From NCBI GenBank assembly GCA_020137815.1, contig CM035353.1, forward strand, positions 8,122,001 through 8,186,000: 64,000 nt of DNA, in the 5' to 3' direction. Below the pieces are notes generated by a model. That model was given only the letters and a program-made list of their open reading frames with translations, ran no database searches and was not told the origin of the DNA. This DNA is from Hormiphora californensis. Lineage: Eukaryota > Animalia > Ctenophora. A program made the position numbers and the translations under genes. This document shows, one piece after another, positions 58,833-64,000 of the stretch. Position 1 is the stretch's first letter. Each line of letters starts with the position of its first letter.

Positions 58833-61800
58833 AGTTTACAAGTTTACAAGTTTACAAATAAAGTTATGGTGATACACAACAGATCTTCCCTTTATGGGTC
58901 CACCTAAATAAAAATCAAAATAATCGTCTCCTCACGCCCTATCTCTAGACACATACAGCACATTGAGGGGAAATATCGTTGGGAACTGACGGATAACCTC
59001 TGACAGGGGGACGGTCATAAAAGCCTGTCAGGTAATTGCCCAGGGATGATTTGAATTGACCTAAGCTTCCGCAAGAGTTAACGGCCGCTGGCAACCTGTT
59101 CCACAGGTGAGCAGCTCTCGGTCCGAAGGAAGAATGGAACTGATTCGCTCTCCAGGTCTCAGCCCGATATGGAAACGGTGGTGGGACTAACCTCATACCC
59201 AACCTTGCACTGTGTTGGAACACAAGGTTTGCTGAATTCGGAACAAACCCATGGATCGTCTTCCACACATGTATCAACATATAACGTTGTCTTCTGCGTT
59301 GAAGAGACATCAGGTTGAGAACCTTCAATCTTCCCCAATAATCATGATTCTGCATTCCCTCGAGACGTCTTGTAAAACACCTTTGAACGTTCTCAATTGA
59401 CTTGATGTCACCAGCCTTTGTTGGGTTCCAGACCAGGCAACAATACTCCAAAATTGGTCTGACCAGTGATTTGAAGAGTTGTAACATTACCTCTGGTGAC
59501 CGGTCTCTAAAAACACTGAAAATCCATCCAGATAAAAGAGAGGCTTTCCGCACAATGATGGAAATGTGCTTGGACCACGAGCCATCTGAAGACATCTGAA
59601 CACCCAAGTCACGGACATCGGGTTCGGGAATCAGTTGAACTCCAGAGTCTGTAGTGTACGAACTCATTTCAGTTGAAAAAGGAAGTTCCTTGAAGATTGC
59701 TGATTTGTTCAGTCTATAACTCAAGAGCTGAAACTTTTGATCATGGAGGACCATATTATTCACTTTGGCCCATTCCGTGACCCTCAGAAGATCTGCCTGC
59801 AAGCCAGCCTGATCGACCATATCTGAAATGGCTTTCATTAACTTAGTATCATCAGCAAAGGTGAGACACATACTGCCATCCAGTACAGACTCCAGATCCA
59901 GTATGTAAATAAGGAAGAGAAGAGGACCCAGGACACTGCCCTGCGCCACCCCGCTGAGCACCTCCACCCATGATGTCCTCACTCCGTCCACCATAACACA
60001 CTGTTGCCTACCCAGGATCCACGCACTGATCCACTGAAGTAGTTTTCCTCCGATCCCGTACCTTTTCAACTTGGCCAGCAGCACATAGATATCCACTGAA
60101 TCGAACGCTTTCGAAAAATCTAAGTAAATCACGTCTACTTCACGGTCCCCACAGAGCTCTGTCAGGATGAAATCAACATGGGATAACAGTTGGGACATAG
60201 TACTACGACCTTTCCGAAATCCATGTTGTGTTTCACTCTGTAATTCCATATCGTCCAAATAATCAGCTATCCTCTGTCTAACAAGCCGCTCAAACACCTT
60301 CGACAAGTGACTGGTGATAGACACCGGCCGATAATTCTCTGTTCTGGATTTAGACCCCTTTTTAAATATGGGTGTTATGAACTGTTGTTTAAGACAATTT
60401 GGAACAGTTCCGTTTGCAAATGACTTGTTCCATAGCATCCATATAGGATAAGACAAGCTGCTGTTACATCGTTTCAGAATACATGAAGGAATACAGTCCG
60501 GAGGTGAGGCCGAAAAAAGTTTCAGTTCCTCCAATGCACTCTGGATACAATTCTGTGAAAACTCCATGCTGGTCAGGATCTCACCAAGGTCCTCAATGTT
60601 ACCCGCTGCCACAGAGGGATCAATTGCCGCAGGATCGCTGAAAACGCTAGCAAACTGATGTTGTAGTAAGTTAGCCTTCTCCAGGGGGTCCACAGTTAAG
60701 GAACCATCCGCACGCTCAAGGGGGGCAACTGATGATTTAACCTTGGAGTTCTTTTTAACGTGAGTATAAAAGTACTTGGGGTTCACCTTGATAGCACCCA
60801 CAGCCTTCCTCTCCACTTTCTTGTCCCTTGATATCAGATGGGATTTGATTTTCTGAACTAAGCATTCCATCTCCGATTTCCACTTTACTGAATCGTTCTC
60901 ACGTTTATCAAGTTTACGCCTCCTGCTAGTCAGATGCCTGAGTTCTTTGTCTACAAGGTCCTTCCGCATTTTCTTCACTCGACAATGAGACTTGACAACC
61001 TTGAAAACTCTGTCTCGAATAGCTTCCACAAACAGTGACCCATCCTCATCACCCAGGACCTCGCATTCAACTAGCAGTTGGTCCCAATCAGTAGCGGCGA
61101 GGTCAGCATCGATACTCGTAAAGTCGGCTGAATGGAGATCCAGTTGCCGATAACCTTCAAGTTTACTAGGCAGAAATAGACTTGCTGGACCGAGAGGGTT
61201 GAAAGTGAGGTGGCATGACACCCACAAATGATCTGATACACCCTCATCAGTAATGGAAATGTTGCTGAAGTAGTCCGGTCGGTTGGTGAACACTAGATCT
61301 AACGTATTGTTGCCCCTGGTAGGGCTCTCTACAACCTGGGATAGAAAGTTCGTGTCCATAAAGTCCGATACTACATTGTAGTTGGGCTGATCAACCGGAA
61401 CCGATGACCCGTCAACCCAATTGAAGAGAGGGAGATTGAAATCCCCTAATACTACCACTTCTGGTAACCCACTCTCACTGTACTTATCTATAAATGACTG
61501 TAATGTGTTCATGAGTCTTTGGAAGTCCAACACACTTGACTCTGATCGATACACAGCTGCAAATATAGTATTTATTTGGCTAACATAGACAGCTTTTAAA
61601 TTGTTATACAAACTAGCAAAACATATACTATCAGAAACAGCCAGCGACGAGTGAACATACAAAGCACAGCCTCCACCAACTCTGCTCACTCTGTCACTCC
61701 TATAAACGTTATATCCTGGTATCTCAACCTGAGCATCTGAGTGATACCCTTTAAACCAGGTTTCAGTTACTGCAATAGCTACTGTCGGAGTTTTCTCATT

Positions 61801-62290
61801 TCTTATACAATCTCTAATAAGACCGAGTTTCCAGCACGTATCACCTGCCGGACTTAAACTCCTTGCATTAAGCAGTAGTAGTTTACTTGTAGTCGAAACA
61901 GTCCCTAACGATCTCTCCAATAACTTTGATTCGGGCGTATCTTCTCTATATCCTCGAACCTCTGGTCCAGCATCTGTTTCATTCTCACTTCCATTCTCCC
62001 TAACAGTCTCTCTAAAAAAGCATCATCGTCGAATCGGGATGGTTCACGTGTGCCATTGGAGCTACCACTCGGATTTTGGGATCGTGGTATCTCCGTATCT
62101 CTAGCGTAGGTCGCTAACTCCATACCTGAACGTGGTTCAGTAATTGGCGATGAGGGCTGATTTAATTTGATGGGGGAATCTTTTTCTGGTGATTGGGCGG
62201 ATGAAGGGCAGTTCGGGGGAGACGCAGGAGGGGCAACAATTTGCGCAAAAATATCACTTGGTGAAATTATTGCATGTGAAGTGTCACTTA
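58833..62290 (-). mobile_element. CR1-clade LINE, 5'-truncated within ORF1, intact ORF2
   Basis: 3' tail of (TTGTAAAC)n on the minus strand at ~58833-58858; short 3' UTR; ORF2; ORF1 C-terminal remnant 61905-~62290 overlapping the ORF2 start. Confidence 0.9.
58945..61920 (-). CDS. CR1-like ORF2 (APE endonuclease + reverse transcriptase), 991 aa
   Basis: LLNARSL, VTETWF, LGDFNLP, TRGNNTLDLVF, SDH; NYRPVSITS, YLDFSKAFDSV, SGVAQGSVLGP, FADDTKL, LVRPILEYCCLVWNP. Confidence 0.96.
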   Translation of the reverse strand: MERSLGTVSTTSKLLLLNARSLSPAGDTCWKLGLIRDCIRNEKTPTVAIAVTETWFKGYHSDAQVEIPGYNVYRSDRVSRVGGGCALYVHSSLAVSDSICFASLYNNLKAVYVSQINTIFAAVYRSESSVLDFQRLMNTLQSFIDKYSESGLPEVVVLGDFNLPLFNWVDGSSVPVDQPNYNVVSDFMDTNFLSQVVESPTRGNNTLDLVFTNRPDYFSNISITDEGVSDHLWVSCHLTFNPLGPASLFLPSKLEGYRQLDLHSADFTSIDADLAATDWDQLLVECEVLGDEDGSLFVEAIRDRVFKVVKSHCRVKKMRKDLVDKELRHLTSRRRKLDKRENDSVKWKSEMECLVQKIKSHLISRDKKVERKAVGAIKVNPKYFYTHVKKNSKVKSSVAPLERADGSLTVDPLEKANLLQHQFASVFSDPAAIDPSVAAGNIEDLGEILTSMEFSQNCIQSALEELKLFSASPPDCIPSCILKRCNSSLSYPIWMLWNKSFANGTVPNCLKQQFITPIFKKGSKSRTENYRPVSITSHLSKVFERLVRQRIADYLDDMELQSETQHGFRKGRSTMSQLLSHVDFILTELCGDREVDVIYLDFSKAFDSVDIYVLLAKLKRYGIGGKLLQWISAWILGRQQCVMVDGVRTSWVEVLSGVAQGSVLGPLLFLIYILDLESVLDGSMCLTFADDTKLMKAISDMVDQAGLQADLLRVTEWAKVNNMVLHDQKFQLLSYRLNKSAIFKELPFSTEMSSYTTDSGVQLIPEPDVRDLGVQMSSDGSWSKHISIIVRKASLLSGWIFSVFRDRSPEVMLQLFKSLVRPILEYCCLVWNPTKAGDIKSIENVQRCFTRRLEGMQNHDYWGRLKVLNLMSLQRRRQRYMLIHVWKTIHGFVPNSANLVFQHSARLGMRLVPPPFPYRAETWRANQFHSSFGPRAAHLWNRLPAAVNSCGSLGQFKSSLGNYLTGFYDRPPVRGYPSVPNDISPQCAVCV

Positions 62291-62914
62291 ACATTGCCGG
62301 TGGTCCTCATAAAGACTGAGTTCAAAACTGAAGGGCGAAGGCTGAAAAACGTCGTACAGACGGTCAGTGAGCAAACTTCAAAATTCTTTTTTTGTGAATC
62401 TGACGGCATCGGAAAAAAGTATCGTTTTTAAAAAGCCAAGAAAAAACTGCGCGCGCTTACACGCGCAAAACTAAACACGCGCAGTTGATATTTCAAATCA
62501 TGCGTTCTTGGCGCGTTTTGAGGATCAACACGGGTTTTATCTGGGGTACCATGAGAGGGAGGGAGTCGAGCAGTACAAGACTCCAAGTGTCTGGCAGTGT
62601 TATGCCAGACAGAGCTTTCTTTTAAGCCACGGTGGTTTCTATAGCTATATCCATATTCCATGACCATAACAGTGTTATTAACACAAACTAATATAAAAAA
62701 AACTTCATTTATGGTTTTGGTAAGGATATACATCAAAATGGAATGGGTCACGATATAAATATCTTCATTGGTTCTGGTTATCAACAATCACTTTAGAAAA
62801 CATAAGCACAATCAAAGGAAATTATAATACTGATGGTATGATAAGTTAAAGTACAAAATAGTTTTTACATGCGTATCCTTTTAAAACTGACAATCTGAAC
62901 TTATTACAAACACT

Positions 62915-64000
62915 TCACTTGTCTTTTTTATTTTCCAGAGATAATTGAGCTTGCTTGACTAACATCTCAAACATCCCAGTTTCTCTAACCAGCCCTGTAA
63001 ACATCCCTGTCTCATTTTGTAGCAGCACAGCAGGATGATCGAACTCTGCGACCCTCCCACTGTCCATAACCATGATCCTATCACTGTCAATAATGGTGTT
63101 AATCCGATGTGCCACTGTCAGCACAGTACACTCAGCAAACTTCTCCCTCAGCGTCCCCTGGATCAGTTGATCAGTCTGCTCGTCTACATTGGCTGTGGCC
63201 TCGTCTATAACAAGGAGTTTATTGGACCTGAGAAGGGCCCGGGCTAAACAAAGGAGCTGGCGTTGTCCCGCTGATAAGTTGGCACCACCCTCCTGGATGG
63301 AACAGTCCAGGTTATCAAAGCAACCCTTTAGCTGGCATCTAGCCAGCACCTCCCACAAGTCCAGATCAGAGAACTCTCCGAATGGGTCCAAGTTTTGACG
63401 GAGTGTCCCCGAGAACAGGACACTCTCCTGGGGAATAGTACTGATCTCCCTCCTTAGGTCGTGTAGTCCCACTTCGCTAGTCACCTGACCGTCTATCAGG
63501 ACCTCCCCCTCTGGCTCTACAAGTCTGAATAGAGCCTGGAGGAGGGAACTCTTACCAGCACCGGTCCTCCCTACTACCCCAACCTTCTCTCCGGGGGAGA
63601 TGGTGAAGTTGAGGTTGTGCAGGACTGGTTCCGCTTCAGGGTCATAACGGAGGGAAACATTTCGGAACTCCAGGAGTCCCTTGGAGGGTTTGGGGAGGGT
63701 GGTGGATGTGTTGAGGGGTGCCTCAGGGGGTAGAAGGGCCAGCTGGTACACTCTCTCAATAGCAGTCATCATGTTCTCTGTTTCTGTTGCTTGGCGGATA
63801 CACCTGGGGGATATGAGATTGGAAATATGGGGTTGGGAATGTTTTGTCGGATACACCTGGGGCCGGGGGGCGTGGAAATTGGGGGTTGGCTCCTGTTAAC
63901 TTCTCGTGATTAAACCTCATTTTGGTATCTTACCATTGAAAGCCTCCTATCATGTTGTTGATGTGAGCTAGAGCCAGGCCTGATACAGGTGAACCAGCTC
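62915..64000 (-). CDS. ABCC/MRP (ABCC4-like) transporter, 3' end: last TM segment and NBD2
   Basis: Exon ending 63934 (GLALAHINNMIGGFQW) spliced to 63803-62915 (CIRQATETENMMTAIERV; Walker A GRTGAGKS; LSAGQRQL; Walker B VIDEATANVD; AHR). Confidence 0.93.

Noticed and set aside
63795-63862. Duplicated acceptor sequence (ccccag|gtgtatccg) in the ABCC intron
   Set aside because: The two AGs are 53 nt apart, so the upstream one is out of frame; likely a neutral local duplication

Overview
Eukaryotic, intron-rich animal genomic DNA. A ctenophore origin is my inference, from a nested secreted-protein family and the short-intron style. A large minus-strand TRRAP/Tra1 gene runs from its ATG at 53663 off the left edge. 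One ~28 kb TRRAP intron (8422-36355) holds a nested stack. (i) A very young Ty3/Gypsy LTR retroelement (8836-29776) with identical 307-bp LTRs, gag, a -1 frameshift into pol, a class-I-fusion-type env and an extra unknown ORF4 downstream of env. (ii) A 9.1 kb intron-containing hAT (hATm-like) DNA transposon inserted in that env with a perfect 8-bp TSD; removing it restores a 594-aa env. (iii) A decayed L2-like LINE. (iv) A small antisense secreted Sushi-domain gene. The 5' part of TRRAP carries a ~3.4-4 kb tandem duplication of a multi-exon block. Upstream of TRRAP lie two paralogous orphan genes flanking a fungal/microbial-type 2OG-Fe(II) oxygenase gene, a CR1 LINE with intact ORF2, and the 3' end of an ABCC4-like transporter. 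All identifications rest on motif recognition by eye; no database searches were run.
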